Shown here in pieces: positions 1 through 12,822 of a stretch of 64,000 nucleotides of DNA. Source of the DNA: Neoechinorhynchus agilis. Lineage: Eukaryota > Animalia > Acanthocephala. The notes beneath the pieces are model-generated. The model saw nothing but the letters and a program-made list of their open reading frames with translations, was not told where the DNA came from and made no database searches. The stretch is from the NCBI GenBank assembly GCA_051530055.1, contig CM121341.1:4566784-4630783 (forward strand). Reading direction: 5' to 3'. A program made the translations under genes and the position numbers. The number at the start of each line of letters is the position of its first letter. The stretch's first letter is position 1.

Positions 1-680
1 CTTAGACGACCTTTAACCTCTCTCCTCTTTCTCGAAGCTTTTCTTATATGCCGATGATATCACCCTCATCACCCATTGACCACCCCATCCTCCCTCTCCT
101 TAACCTCCAACGAAATCACCCACATAAACGATTTCTGCACCAATCACAAACTCCACCTGAATTTCTTTAATGCTCCGAAATGATCCCCTCTCTTCCGCAA
201 CCCCACATCATTCCCTGAGCTTCTAAATGACATTCTACGAGTCACCTCCCACTCAGAATTCTTGGTTTCCAATTTCAATCAAACTTAAGGAAGGATGGGG
301 TGGTACCTTTAAAATTTATCTCCTCAAACGCCTCCGACATTTTGGAATCACTTCACCCGATCTCTACCAATTTTACTTCTGCTTTATTTTACCTTCCCTC
401 CCGTTTTTCTGTCCAAATCTCAAATCCGCCGTCTTGAAATTCTTCATAAAAAAGCATCTAAAATTTGCACAAAATGCCTTTATAAAATTTTCATAATACA
501 ATGAAAACGTCTATGAACCCTACCACAACAATTTCTACCACATATCGCTCACACCAGCACAACACTCGCAATAAAGATCAAACCCCACAATCTCTCCTGC
601 AAACAATAACCACCAACTTTCCCACCCAACCGAACCCGTAATCCAGTCCAAAATCAACAACCGCATTCATTTAAAAAAAA
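1..680 (+). mobile_element. Decayed 3' portion of an L2/CR1-like non-LTR retrotransposon (RT C-terminus)
   Basis: KLFLYADDITLITH (YADD motif) near 35-76, then LGFQFQSNL and IYLLKRLRHFGITSPDLYQFYFCFILPSL, typical of post-RT regions of L2/CR1-type ORF2. Stops and frameshifts present; A-run at about 672-680. Confidence 0.65.
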
Positions 681-833
681 TCAGAACTAAACGACGACAT
701 GGGTCCTCATCTTTGTGCTTTAACAAATGAAAACGTTATTATTATATTTGGTGCAATTATTTGATTCTAGAATGAAATGTCCACTTGAAATTGACAATCT
801 TTTTTTTCAATTAAAAGATAAATAATTTTCATT

Positions 834-1364
834 TTAATCTTCAGGCGGCAATAAGCCACGCTCAACATACAATTTACCGATTTGATCGTTTACATATCGG
901 CTCTGCCTGGTGACTCTCTTTTTATCCCAATTTTGAACAGAAAATCTTTGCATACTTTCATACGCCGATCTTTTAAATCTACGTTGTACAATATATTCAC
1001 GTATTGCAAGAAAAGACCGGAACACTTGGATAAATATCATAAGAAAATTTTTACCCATTGCGAAAATCGTATGAAACGACGTTTCCCCGTGCACAAACCA
1101 AGAGAAAGATCGAATAAAGAGGAACATCACGTCCTGTGTTGAAACTGACAACACGAGAGCCCAAACGCCAGTTCCGAATATAGCTTCTTTGATTATAAGA
1201 CATTTTATTTTTAACGGAGCTTCTGACCATTGGACCAACTGCAATCTTTCATCGATATAGGTCGTTCCGTCCATATTGAGGCAGTATTGAATCATCGAAG
1301 TGAAATAGGCGACATTGACGAGCATGAGAATTTCCTTTGTCCTGAGGAGATTGGTTTTGAGCAT
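834..1364 (-). CDS. Orphan 176-aa ORF, unknown product
   Basis: Uninterrupted ATG-initiated ORF in AT-rich DNA with a central hydrophobic stretch and basic C-terminus; no recognisable motif. Confidence 0.35.
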   Translation of the reverse strand: MLKTNLLRTKEILMLVNVAYFTSMIQYCLNMDGTTYIDERLQLVQWSEAPLKIKCLIIKEAIFGTGVWALVLSVSTQDVMFLFIRSFSWFVHGETSFHTIFAMGKNFLMIFIQVFRSFLAIREYIVQRRFKRSAYESMQRFSVQNWDKKRVTRQSRYVNDQIGKLYVERGLLPPED

Positions 1365-1512
1365 ATCCGCTGAGGAGATAAATTCTATGCGGTGATCGTG
1401 GTTACTCGAGAAGCGCTTTAGAAAGAAAATTCAAATATTTGACGAATGGGACTTGTGTAAGACAAAATGAAAAAATTCAAATTGAAACCACAACCTAGTC
1501 TGGCTGCCTTGA

Positions 1513-2178
1513 TCACCGTCCTATGAGATCAATCGATGCTGCGAGCACATAGGTCATGACTTGTTCAAAAGCATTCGGATAACACAATAACCAACGTCCG
1601 ACAACGATCACAATAATAATCAACTGCTCTCCAACACTCGGGTCAGAGAAAAGTGTTCGTATAGATTCACAGAAATTATTTCTAGCCTCCTGAATGTTGA
1701 AACCGGACTCCAGTGGCGTAACGCGTTCATTTAAAATTTGGATACCAACAAATCTACTTATTTCTGTACAGAATTCCGCCCATCCTTGATAATTTTCTCT
1801 GTAGTTCTCCAACGATTTTCCCAATTCAACCTGTGAACGTTGGGCAGCAATTATATCGTTCCTCATCGTCCATAGTGGAATTACCATCGAAGTAATGAAG
1901 ATTAAAGTTGGTCCAGCAACCCAGTACATTTCTATCCACTCATTCAATTGGCCTCCGACCATCCGCACGCCAACATCATTGACAGAGTTAAAGATCAAAT
2001 TTATCCACCAGTCGAATACTTGGATCGCGATGAAAAATATCATTGTTATGAGCATCCAAGATTTTCCAGTGGAACAGAGCAAAATCAAGAAATAATATCC
2101 CGTGGTTCCCACTAGCAATAAGCGACCAATCAATGGCAAGAATGCCCTCATAAGGAAAACCAAAGTGTTGATCATCAC
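1513..2178 (-). CDS. Orphan 221-aa predicted multi-pass membrane protein
   Basis: Uninterrupted ORF with 3-4 hydrophobic segments (e.g. LLLVGTTGYYFLILLC, WMLITMIFFIAIQVF); no family recognised. Confidence 0.45.
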   Translation of the reverse strand: MMINTLVFLMRAFLPLIGRLLLVGTTGYYFLILLCSTGKSWMLITMIFFIAIQVFDWWINLIFNSVNDVGVRMVGGQLNEWIEMYWVAGPTLIFITSMVIPLWTMRNDIIAAQRSQVELGKSLENYRENYQGWAEFCTEISRFVGIQILNERVTPLESGFNIQEARNNFCESIRTLFSDPSVGEQLIIIVIVVGRWLLCYPNAFEQVMTYVLAASIDLIGR

Positions 2179-2289
2179 ACGATTACATTGCAGTCAGTCT
2201 TAAACATAGCTCATTGTCTTGGCAACTATGAAACAAAAACGAAAAGTAAAAATTCTGAAAAGATTGATATACAAACAAATAAGCTTTAC

Positions 2290-2505
2290 TTTCTTTTTTC
2301 TAAGTTTTGCCACGATCCCGGGGTTTTAAACTTTTACTAATCTGTATTTCCCAGATATTTCACCTATCCGACAATTCCGACATTTTCCCAAGGTGCGTAA
2401 AACCTACAGGCAATGACAATCCTTGCGAAATGTCGGAATTATTCGCGGACGTGAAATATCGGGGAAATAAATTAGTGAATTTAAATCCGAGATGCATTGC
2501 ATTTG
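2290..2505. mobile_element. Palindromic MITE-like element, family C (solo copy)
   Basis: Left arm atttcccagatatttcacctatccgacaattccgacattttcccaagg pairs with right arm ccttgcgaaatgtcggaattattcgcggacgtgaaatatcggggaaat. Homologous to repeats at 23014, 46001 and 62595. Confidence 0.65.
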
Positions 2506-2519
2506 TAATTGTACCGCAA

Positions 2520-5500
2520 GGGATCTAAAATACACGACAGCAGTCCTGTTATGCGGGCAATTCGCGTCTCTTAAAATCAGGTCATCGTATGTACGACAGT
2601 TCCCTTTGCCTTTATGATACAATGTCGTTGGCTTCCAGAAAAGGAACTGTTGCACGATCCGTGGGCAAGATGCCTCGGACCGAATTATATTGCCCGTGAA
2701 CTGCAGTCGTCTGCGGCGCAACTATTCATTGGGCGGTTGGACTCCGGCTTTATTATGCAGTGCTTTGTTGTTCACTTTATCTGACCATCTGACCTTGAAG
2801 AATGATTTTGGTCCAACTGCCTCGTCGCCGTTGGTGACAGTGTCCAGATCTTTGCATTGTAGTAGATAATGCTCTCAATTAGAGTCCTGAACAGCTGCGA
2901 ACGGAGTTCATTTGGCAAAGACTCACTGTCAAACAGTGATTTAAGTTGCCCCATTGTTCTCCAAGCTATAGCTCTCCGTCGGCTGACATCCGCACTCACC
3001 TCAGGAACGACAGCCTCCAGATAGACATACCGCTTTATCTATTTAATTGCTTAATGCCATTCGACCCTTCGCCAAAGACTGTATGCGCGATATGCGGAAT
3101 CGTCAAGAATTCCGTCTTTTTCGAGTTGATGGTCAGACTCATCATACTCGCCCTCTCGCACAGTCTATTTAGCATGCGTTGAGCTCCTTCGACTGTTGAG
3201 GGCATCAATACGATGTCGTCGGCATATGCCATGTAGGAAGCGCGTATCTCAGGATACTTGCGACCTCTTTTCCTCAACAGAAGAAATCCATCTTCATCAT
3301 TCGGTGGTGCCCATCCCATTACCCAATCAAGCACCAAGATGAATAGAAAAGGAGCCAATGTGTCGCCCTGCAGAACACATGAAGTGGTGGAAAAGTATTC
3401 TGTCAAACCGCCAGCTGTCTTTACGGCGGACCTTGTGTTTTTATATAATGCCATAACGGATGTGAAAATGATCGGCGGCACTCCATACTCCTTTAAGATA
3501 CCGCCAATCATCGTTCGATTTACCGAATCGAAAGCTCGACGGAAATCAACAAATACCAGCGTCACATCCGTTTGATGAATTCGTGCCTCCTCGAGGATCC
3601 TCCTCCAAGCCAATATATGCTCTGTGGTGCCTCGACCTTTCCTGAAGCCGTTCTGTTCAATTCTTAGAAACGGTTCGAGGATTGGCTGAATTCGGCGTCT
3701 CAAAATGCTGCTGAAAAGTTTTGCCGTGTTGGACATCAAGGATATACCTCTGTAGTCCTCCACCTTTGTCTAGCAGCATTTCTTGGGGGGTACTGAGCCA
3801 CCATTCATTATGCCATTCATTATCGGTATGATTTTTCTGGCAATAGATTCAAACCTCAGTAACTCTGCCATTATCCCGTCTATGCCTGATGCACGTCCCG
3901 CAAGCATCATTTTCGCCGCAGCGATCGTTTCCTTCATGGAAATCGGTCCAGTGAAGTATGCCTCAGTGCTTGGGACGATTGTGTCTTTTGGAAGTGCAGG
4001 ACTCACTTCCAAAGACGATAATGGCGAATTGAGAATTTCCGCAAAATAATTTGCGATTCTCTTTTTTGATTTCCAGGGAGGGACCTTCAATCAAAGTTGG
4101 CTGTCTTTGGGATCTTCCTGTGAGAGTGTTTATCGCTTTCCATGCTAAGGAGGTACGAACAAAACCTTCCTTATATGCGATCGCGCGAACTGCATCCTCT
4201 ATCGAAGCCTTTTGCTTTTCATTATAGAGGTTGGCATGTTCAAGACTTGCAATGCGAGCCTCAGATCGTTTTCCTCTTTTTCTTAGAGTTTTGATCTGCT
4301 CAGCCATTGCGAAAAATTCACAGTCCTCCTGCCATATAACCTTTGCAGCTTTTATACGCCTCATTTTTGGGAGGGTTTTCTCGGCCGCTTCGGTCACTGC
4401 GTCGCGGATTGACTTGTAATAAAAATCAATATCCGTTTCAGCAGCTGGCATCGAGCTCAGTTGATTCTCTAGTTCGATATCGAACTCTTTCCTCTTCTCC
4501 TCATTAGCGAGGGCACCATAGAACGGACGTGGAGGATGTTGAGGCGTACGGAACAACGAGTCACTCATGCTCAACTGACACATCACCAACCTGTGGTCGG
4601 TTGGCAGCCCATCAACTGTGAATGTGTCAGCGTTTTTTGGCCCGACATTTTTCCCTACGTCTCAACAATATATGGTCAAGCTGAGCTAAGCGTCTCTTGG
4701 AATTTTTTCTCATGGCATGTTTGGACGGATTCTTTTGACCCATAAACGACGCCAAACGCCACGGACGCTTCCGGAATAAAGTGTTAGCAGACACGATATC
4801 ATGCCGCTCCAGCGCCTCAACCAAGTACCGGCCGTTCCGATTCTCGCCTTTCAACACATATAGCGATCTTTTGGAATGCGGTAAAATCGCGCTGAAGTCA
4901 CCGGCTATTAGGAGGGTGTCTCTGTTCGGTACATCATCTAATGCTTTGGCTAGATTTCCATAAAATCCTTCAACCGCCTCTTCATCCGACGAAGAGGTCG
5001 GTGACTGTACGCCAAAAGCATAGAGATTTCTCGACCGAAGCTTTATGCTGGCACGAAGGATTCGGTCAGTTATAATACTGCATAGTGCTGAGTTTCGGAG
5101 GCGGGGTGATAAACAAACGCCTACACCTCCATTTCCTCGACTGTCCGCAGATAGGTAACATAATGACCAGCCTCCTCCTAAATCCTCCTGATTTACGTCT
5201 GTGTCTGACTGACCTCTTATGCGCAATTCTTGTAAAAACACAAGATCCATTCTGACGTCCCTTGCCAATTTGGCCAGGGTTCCCCTACGCCACTTTCTTT
5301 CAGTCCCTAACTTTCTTTTGTCGGCCACGTAAAAGAAGCAGCTCCGCAACCAGACAGCTACTGATAGTAGCCTGCCAACGCGAGGTCGGTGTGCCGCTCA
5401 GGAGCAACAAAATCCACCAGTGCAACGGGAAAAAGCGAGGGCGTCGTAGCTCTCGCCGACGACGTGAGCGTCGAAATGAGCGAAACTGTCGCCGGAGGCA

Positions 5501-5640
5501 ACGAAAGCGTCAGTCGAAGCTCATCACCGTGGTGGGTACGGACTGTTCAGGTGGCGCTGACAGCCGTCGGATCCTTGAATTGTAGGAGTCTGCGAGATCT
5601 GGAAACCTCGCCGAGTCGGATTTTAAGAGAATCGTAATTT
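2520..5640 (-). mobile_element. Near full-length degenerate RTE-clade non-LTR retrotransposon (APE endonuclease + RT)
   Basis: APE motifs DLVFLQELR, GNGGVGV, IAGDFSA (4627-5349). RT motifs DYRGISLMS, QNGFRKGR, FVDFRRAFDSV, LQGDTLAPFLF, YADD (3035-3763). RTE-like tail LRRRRLQFTG...LFWKP. Broken by frameshifts and stops. Confidence 0.9.
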
Positions 5641-5919
5641 AACTTTTCAAATTTATCATGCGGTTAAACGGACCGACTTTTCGAGCCTCTGCAAACTTCT
5701 TCGCGACTCTGGAGAGGATTCTCTTGAAAAATAAGTTTTAATTCTATTATCGTCCTCGTTTTATACAGCTATTAGTAAAATATCAATTATTGGAAAATTA
5801 AATGTTATCCTTTTTAAAGGACGAGTTGAGCGTGGGACCGGTAAAGGAAAAATAGATTTTTAAATCTTCTATTCCATCCAATTGTAACCTTTCATTGATT
5901 AATTTTTAAAGCTAAGCTA

Positions 5920-7210
5920 TTATGAGAAGCATCAGACGTTTTAGTTCTTTGGTTGATTCGGTTGTTAGTTGTCATTTGGATCAAAATTTTGCAAGAATTT
6001 TACATCCAGGTACCTGTCCTAACGCCAACCCTTTTCCTTTTTCAGCGAAGCTTGGGACCGTCCTTGGCGGAGTTAAAACAATCTCCAATTTTTCTTCTCA
6101 CTGGCGCATTTTTCTCTCTCGAGAAAGGTTGCGGTTCCCTCGACAACCAATTTATTCTGTTTGATGCAATCCAACCACCGTTTCCTCGTCGGCGATTTCC
6201 CGTTATCTCCAGTCTCTCCGTCCGGGTGAAGAACTTGCCCGTCGCACATAGGAGACGTCTTAGTTCTTTGGTTGATTCGGTTGTTAGTTGTCATTTGGAT
6301 CAAAATTTGGCAAGAATTTTACATTCAGGTGCCTTTCCTAACGCCAACCCTTTTCCTTTTTCAGGCGGGCTTGGGATCGTCCTTGGCCGAGTTAAAACCA
6401 TCTCCAATTTTTCTTCTCACGCATTTTTCTCTCTCTCGCGAGGTTGCGGTTCCCTCAACAACGAATTTATTCTGTTTGATGCAATCCAACCACCGTTTCC
6501 TCGTCGGCGATTTCCCGTTATCTCCAGTCTCTCCGTCCGGGTGAAGAACTTGCCCGTCGCACATAGGAGACGTCTTAGTTCTGTGGTTGATTCGGTTGTT
6601 AGTTGTCATTTGGATCAAAATTTGGCAAGAATTTTACATTCAGGTGCATTTCCTAACGCCAACCCTTTTCCTTTTTCAGGCGGGCTTGGGACCGTCCTTG
6701 GCCGAGTTAAAACAATCTCCAATTTTTCTTCTCACTGCATTTTTCTCTCTGGTTGGGTTTTTTTTGGTGTGTTTTGTGGGTTTGTTTTGTTTTGGGTGGT
6801 TGGTGGGGTTTGTTTCCAGGTGCATTTCCTAACGCCAACCCTTTTCCTTTTTCAGGCGGGCTTGGGACCGTCCTTGGCGGAGTTAAAACAATCTCCAATT
6901 TTTCTCACGCATTTTTCTCTCTCGAGAAAGGTTGCGGTTCCCTCAACAACGAATTTATTCTGTTTGATGCAATCTAACCACCGTTTCCTCGTCGGCGATT
7001 TCCCTTTATCTCCAATCTCTCCGTCCGGGTGAAGAACTTGCCCGTCGCACATAGGAGACGTCTTAGTTCTTTGGTTGATTCGGTTGTTAGTTGTCATTTG
7101 GATCAAAATTTGGCAAGAATTTTACATTCAGGTGCCTTTCCTAACGCCAACCCTCCTCGTTTTTCATCCGGGCTTGATACCGTCCCTGGCGGAGTTGAAA
7201 CAATCTCCAA
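5920..7210. repeat. Tandem array, ~315-bp unit (family R), ~4 copies
   Basis: gtgaagaacttgcccgtcgcac recurs at 6226, 6541 and 7029. Same family as 20575-23012. Confidence 0.95.
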
Positions 7211-7780
7211 TTTTTATAATCACCAAAGAAAACAATTTTCATGTTTATTTTCCTTTCTTCCGTGTTATCTTGGTTGTTTGTGCGACCACACTTAGAAAGT
7301 TATTAATTGTTCTTGCGGAATTTTACTCTTAACGTCCCTTCGAGATATTGATTTGTTGTAATTTGCTGAAGGGTACGATATTTGGTTGAGAAATTTTACA
7401 ATAAATGAATATCTCCGAGGGAGGTTAAGAGTAAAGTTGCGTTTTCTTCTTGGACGGTGGTGATTGTTTAAACGTTTGGTTGTTGTGTAAATGAAAGAGT
7501 TGCTTTCATTAAATTGTGTTAAAAAAAATTAATAGTTTATTTTACTGTAAAGAAATTATTTATTATAGTTTCAATTAGCGATGTTTAATTCAGAAATAGA
7601 TTTATCTTGAAAATTTTCGGCTTTTTCGTTGGCCTTCTTTAGTCAATCGTTTTCAAGTTTTTTCAACTGTGAGATTCGAAATTGATCAGTGGTAAAATGG
7701 CCCAGCTCATCATATTCAAGAAAACTCCCTCTTGGTTGATAATTAATAAGAGAATGTTCATTTAAACTAAACGTCGCGAT

Positions 7781-8300
7781 CTACAAACATAGCTCACGAC
7801 GAAATCCTAAAAAATAATAGACACCGAAACTTATTTGAACATTCTCAGATGGATACACCTTTACGGTTGCCTTCAATTTAGCGTCTAAATAGCGGATAAT
7901 GTTCATTTTTTCTAGAGTAAAGCGGATAGGCTGCAATGATCGATTGCCCTTACAACCGATTCGCAACACGCAAAGGTCGACGAGTCGTCACTTACTCCGC
8001 AGTATTCAAAATGTTTCTCTAGTTGCATCTCATAGGAAGCCCACTCTTCTTTGGTCGGCAGAAAAGCCCTGAATCCCGTAATATTTTTGTCGTTCATATT
8101 GCTGGATTTGTGCTTGGCTTCCCGTATTGCTGGCTCGAGACGGCGGAATCAAGTAGAGCACTTAAATCCGAAGGATTTCTCAATTCGCTCGGTTTTTGTT
8201 TAGATGTAGTATCCACTCCAGAATCAGCGAGCTGTCCGGATGGCTTAAACTTGAAAACAATTGACTTAAGAAGGTCAACGAAAAGGCCGAAAATTTTCAA
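7781..8300 (-). mobile_element. Ty3/gypsy gag-like remnant, frameshifted
   Basis: FRAFLPTKEEWASYEMQLEKHFEYCGVSDD resembles the F-P-W-Y-RLE-YF-N-I-DD N-terminus of gypsy gag. Split over three overlapping short ORFs. Confidence 0.5.
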
Positions 8301-8494
8301 GATAAATCTATTTCTGAATCAAACATCGCTAATTGAAACTGAGTTTATTTTACGTTTGAAGCGTAGAAAATTCGATTGGTTTCGGTCGCGCGTTTCTTCA
8401 AATTTTTCTTCAATAAAAGAATAGTTTTCTTTTTCAATTATTTTGAATTTGTGTGTGTTCATTGTTGACGAAGTTTGTGTTTTTGAAGTTTTAG

Positions 8495-11400
8495 ATGGAC
8501 TCTGGGACCAGTACACCGAAAACTGGTCGGCAGTTGAAAAAGCTAGAGAAACTCGCCAAATATAAGACAAAACAGAATGTTCAGGTTTTTGCAAAATCAC
8601 CGAATTTAGCGCTGGAAAAGTGTGAACCGAAGACTCGTTTAGAGGTTTCGTTTGACATTGACGGTAAAAAGGATACATCACAGTTCCCCGATAGTTACGA
8701 TCCCGAATACGTTGAATCTGGTTGGTACTCTTGGTGGTATAAACAAGGTTTATTTTCTCCTGATCTAACCGATGATACCAATGATCGATTTGTGATGATA
8801 ATGCCACCTCCAAATGTAACTGGCACTCTTCATTTGGGTCATGCGTTAACGTGTACTCTTGAAGATGCAATCGCTAGGTATTATCGGATGAAAGGTCGAA
8901 ATGTTCTTTGGTTGCCTGGATGCGATCATGCCGGAATCGCTACTCAAGTCGTCGTTGAGAAATGGTTATCTAAAACCATTGGAAAGAGTCGGCACGATTT
9001 GGGCCGTGATGCTTTCGTTCAGAAGATTTTGGATTGGAAAGAAGAGAAAGGAGGAAAGATTTATGAACAGATAAAGTTAATGGGATCATCGTGTGATTGG
9101 TCTCGATCTGTATTCACAATGGACTCCACAAGATCTTATGCCGTTCGAGAAGCGTTCATTCGTTTGTTTGAAAAAGGCGAGATCTATAGAGATCGCAGAA
9201 TTGTGAACTGGTCTGTTGTTTTGAGATCAGTTATATCGGACATTGAGGTTGAAAAGGTTCAAATCGACGGGCGGACCCAGATCAGTGTTCCCGGCTATGA
9301 TAGAAAAATCACGTTTGGAACCATGATCAAGTTTGCCTATGAACTTAAAGAAACTGATGGCGAAATTATCGTCGCTACTACTCGTCTTGAAACAATGTTA
9401 GGTGATGTCGCTATTGCTGTTCATCCAAAAGATCCTAGATATTTACATACTCATGGAAAACATGCTCGACATCCTTTTTTTAAAGATCGTGAACTTGTTG
9501 TGGTCGCTGATGAAAGTGTAGAGATTGATTTTGGAACGGGAGCTGTTAAAATCTCGCCTGGTCATGACCAAATGGACTTCGATATTGCCAAAAAATTCAA
9601 TCTGCCCATATTTGGTTGTCTTGATGAGGACGGACGCATTTCTGAAGGATTTGGGAAGTTTTCAGGAATGAAGCGATTTGATGCAAGACGAGCGATTGAA
9701 CAAGACTTAGCTCAAATGGGGTTTATTCGTGGAGAAAAAGAAGAAATTGGAATGGTTCTTCCTGTGTGTAGTCGGTCAAAGGATATCATTGAACCTATGG
9801 TGAAGCCTCAATGGTTTCTAAAAATGGCTGATAGTTCAGCTGAGGCTAATCGGCTTATTCAGGAAGGCAACGTTATAAAGGTGCTTCCTGAAAAGTACAA
9901 GGCTGATTGTAATCGTCAATTGAGCAATCCTCGAGATTGGTGCTTATCCCGTCAGTTATGGTGGGGTCATCGAATCCCTGCCTATAAGGTGGCGATTGAT
10001 CAGGACGAAGAACAGTGGTTCTGTGGGCATGACGAACATGATGTGAGGCGGAAATATCATTTATCCGGTGACGTTCAGTTGCAACAAGATGAAGATGTGC
10101 TGGATACGTGGTTTTCGTCTTCACTTCTACCATTTTCAGCCCTAGGATGGCCTTCTAATACAACTGATTTCAAGAAGTTTTTCCCTTCTAGCTTACTTGA
10201 GACTGGCCACGATATTTTATTCTTTTGGGTCATGCGAATGCTTATTATGAGCATGAAACTTTTAGATGGACAGATTCCTTTTAAAAAGGTAGGATTTTTC
10301 ACTCTGATCAGAAAAAAAAGTAGACGACTCGCCTTATCAATCATTATAAAAATCGAAATGAATAATTACGGGCGATGTTTTTTTTCTAAGAGTATATTCA
10401 TCACACATACAAGTCACAAGATGAATTAATAAGTATAATAGTCGATTTGTATTGTGTTGTTTAGAAGTCTTCACCCGATAAAGAGTTTATTCCTGCTGGA
10501 GTTCCCCATTTTTTTAACGACAAACGGACAGTTGTACCGATATTTTTTTTATTGTACCGAACTTTAGGTGTTTCTTCACGGTCTAATAAGAGATTCCCAC
10601 GGTCGTAAGATGAGTAAGAGTCTTGGAAATATAATAGATCCAATAGACGTTATCAAAGGAACTAGCCTTGAGGTAAACAAATTGAAGATTAAACTGATCT
10701 TTACCGCTTCCATTAGATACTTGGACAACATCTTCGTTTGTACAACCTCGACGACAAGGAACTTAAACGAGCGTTGCGTGAACAGAAAAACGACTTTCCG
10801 AATGGAATTCCACAATGTGGAACAGACGCACTTCGCTTCTCTTTCGCCGCATACTCATCACAGAGCACCGATATTAACCTCGACGTTCTACGAGTTCAAG
10901 GATATCGATTTTTCTGCAATAAAATGTGGAATGCTTTCAAGTTCTCAATGCCGTTTTTCTCTTCAACAATGCTAAGACCATTGACGAACGGAAATTGGCA
11001 TCCGTTTGACTCCTGGATCCTAAGTCGATTAAGTGCATGTGTGTTCGATTCCAATTGTGGTTTTGAACACTACGATTTCGCAAGAACATCAACGTCCATC
11101 TACAATTTCTTCTTGTATGACCTTTGCGATCTCTACATTGAGTATAGCAAACCAGTCTTGTACGAAAAAAAGGACACAAAACGATATGATCTTCTGTCGA
11201 ACATATTAACATTATGTTTTGATACCGTACTTAAGTTGGCTCACCCTTTGATGCCATATTTGACCGAAGAACTCTACCAGAGGATCCCTGGTGTTTCTAG
11301 CAGTATTTCGGTCACATCGTACCCACGCATTGAAGACTTTGAAATGTATAATTGCCCACAAAGTGAGAAATTGGTGCAGTCTTTCAAAGAGTGTCTGCAG

Positions 11401-12321
11401 AAAATCAGAAGTTTTCGATCCGTTTGTGAGATTCCACCTAAATTTAGAGTACTTGATCTCTGCCTTTTAAAACTCTTTTGTGAAATTCTATTGAGTCTTT
11501 CCATGCAATCAGAAAAAAAATATTTTAAAAAGTTTTCACTAATTTCCTTTCGCTGAAGCGAATATTTCTCATTTTTCTCAATTGGAATCCCATTCTTCGG
11601 CATAGACATTAAATAAGACGTAAAAAAAGTCCGAAAAATTGCTGCTGGACGTTTCAAGGACGTGGTATCGACGACCTGGGCCCCATCCACCACCACCACC
11701 TTTTAAATTTTGACTTTTTCTTTATTAAAAGCCTTCGAAAAGGGAGACATTTCGAGGGAAACAATAGAACAGTGGGATTTATCGAATGTTTATTCTGTTT
11801 TTATCAAGTACTTTTGATGCAAACAAACACTGAGCTGTGTAATTATAAATCTTAAGTCAAACTTCAAAACGGATTTTGATCTCTTGATGCCACAGATGAT
11901 GCAGTTGGCAAAATGTGAGAAATGTGAAGTTCGCTCATATGATTTTAAGGACAATCACGAGTTCATTCCAATTGTTTTCTCCGATGGTCAAATCTATGTA
12001 AAATTGGAGGTTTGTTTTTCGCTTTAAACTTTCGAAAATGCTTATATAACGCATTTTAGGGCCAAGATGTGACGAAAATTAAGAACAAACTTAAATCAAA
12101 GGTATTGCAATTGAGTGACCAAATGCTAAAATTAGAAGGAGAGATGAGAAAAGCGAACTACAAAGATCTTGTTCCGGATGACGTTCAAAAGTCAAATGAC
12201 GAAAAGGTTCGTTCGGCTAACAGTAACTAATATCTTCTTTTGCTAATTTTTTTAGCTATTGACTCTCAAAGAACAATTTGATTATTTGTCATTGGCACTC
12301 GAGCGACTGTCTGTCGATTGA
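8495..12321 (+). CDS. VARS: Valyl-tRNA synthetase (multi-exon)
   Basis: [15 protein letters not shown] (HIGH motif), [39 protein letters not shown]. Exons 8495-10288, 10568-10672, 10717-~11448, ~11858-12009, ~12060-12207, ~12257-12321; the 3' junctions are less certain. Confidence 0.97.
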
Positions 12322-12519
12322 TCCAAATTGGAATAAAGATATTGTTTCCTTAGAGAAATCGCTTTGTTTAAAGCAATTTTTGCTTTATATTGAGGATTGC
12401 ATCAGGGTCCTAAATGCATGACGATCCCTGGTTCCCGAATCAAAACGAAAACAATTAAATCCGTGTGCAATTTGTTTTAGATTGAATTGATCAAATGACT
12501 GATCCGAGTTGTTGATTTT

Positions 12520-12690
12520 GGATTGAGTCGTTTGGTACCGCGACGCGCAGGACCTGGTCAAGTAATAGTCCAAGAGATTGAGACTAATCACTGGTGATCC
12601 GAGATCATTCCTCCGGCTACAACCGTCCTTTCGACCATCAAAAATCAGGACGACACATTAAGAGTGATCCAGAGGAATGATTTAACATGT
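12520..12690 (+). repeat. Single decayed dispersed homologue of the 458-bp array sequence
   Basis: Reverse complement ccagtgattagtctcaatctcttggactattacttgaccaggtcctgcgcgtcgcggtacc aligns with 50025-50083 tcagtgattcgtctaagcttcttggacaattgattgaccgggtccttcgcgccgcggaacc; gatctcggatc and gtcctg motifs are also shared. Confidence 0.6.
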
Positions 12691-12822
12691 TATATAAATC
12701 CAAAATGACCCGCTTATTTCAAATAACGAACAATGCCAGCAGCGTCCCTGATCACATGGGTTCGGTAATGCTTAGAAAATGAATCCCGTGTTTCTTTTGA
12801 TAGTTTCTAGACACCGACTAGG

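Noticed and set aside
6750-6815. G/T-only tracts (also ~21925-21955, ~22478-22495, ~46645-46710) as telomeric or G-quadruplex motifs
   Set aside because: They are aperiodic and replace expected repeat sequence at matching length, which is typical of long-read basecalling noise.
5953-7032. 359-aa ORF and similar ORFs in the family R arrays
   Set aside because: A by-product of a 315-bp (multiple of 3) unit plus a low-complexity stretch; frames are not maintained across copies.
8319-8870. 183-aa minus-strand ORF and other antisense ORFs over VARS, CDC40, UPF2 and the RTE element
   Set aside because: Shadow frames of real coding sequence, without motifs.
10289-10567. VARS intron 1 as another transposon-derived intron (AGGT at both ends)
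   Set aside because: AG|GT is just the splice consensus, no TIRs are visible, and the protein is collinear with orthologues.
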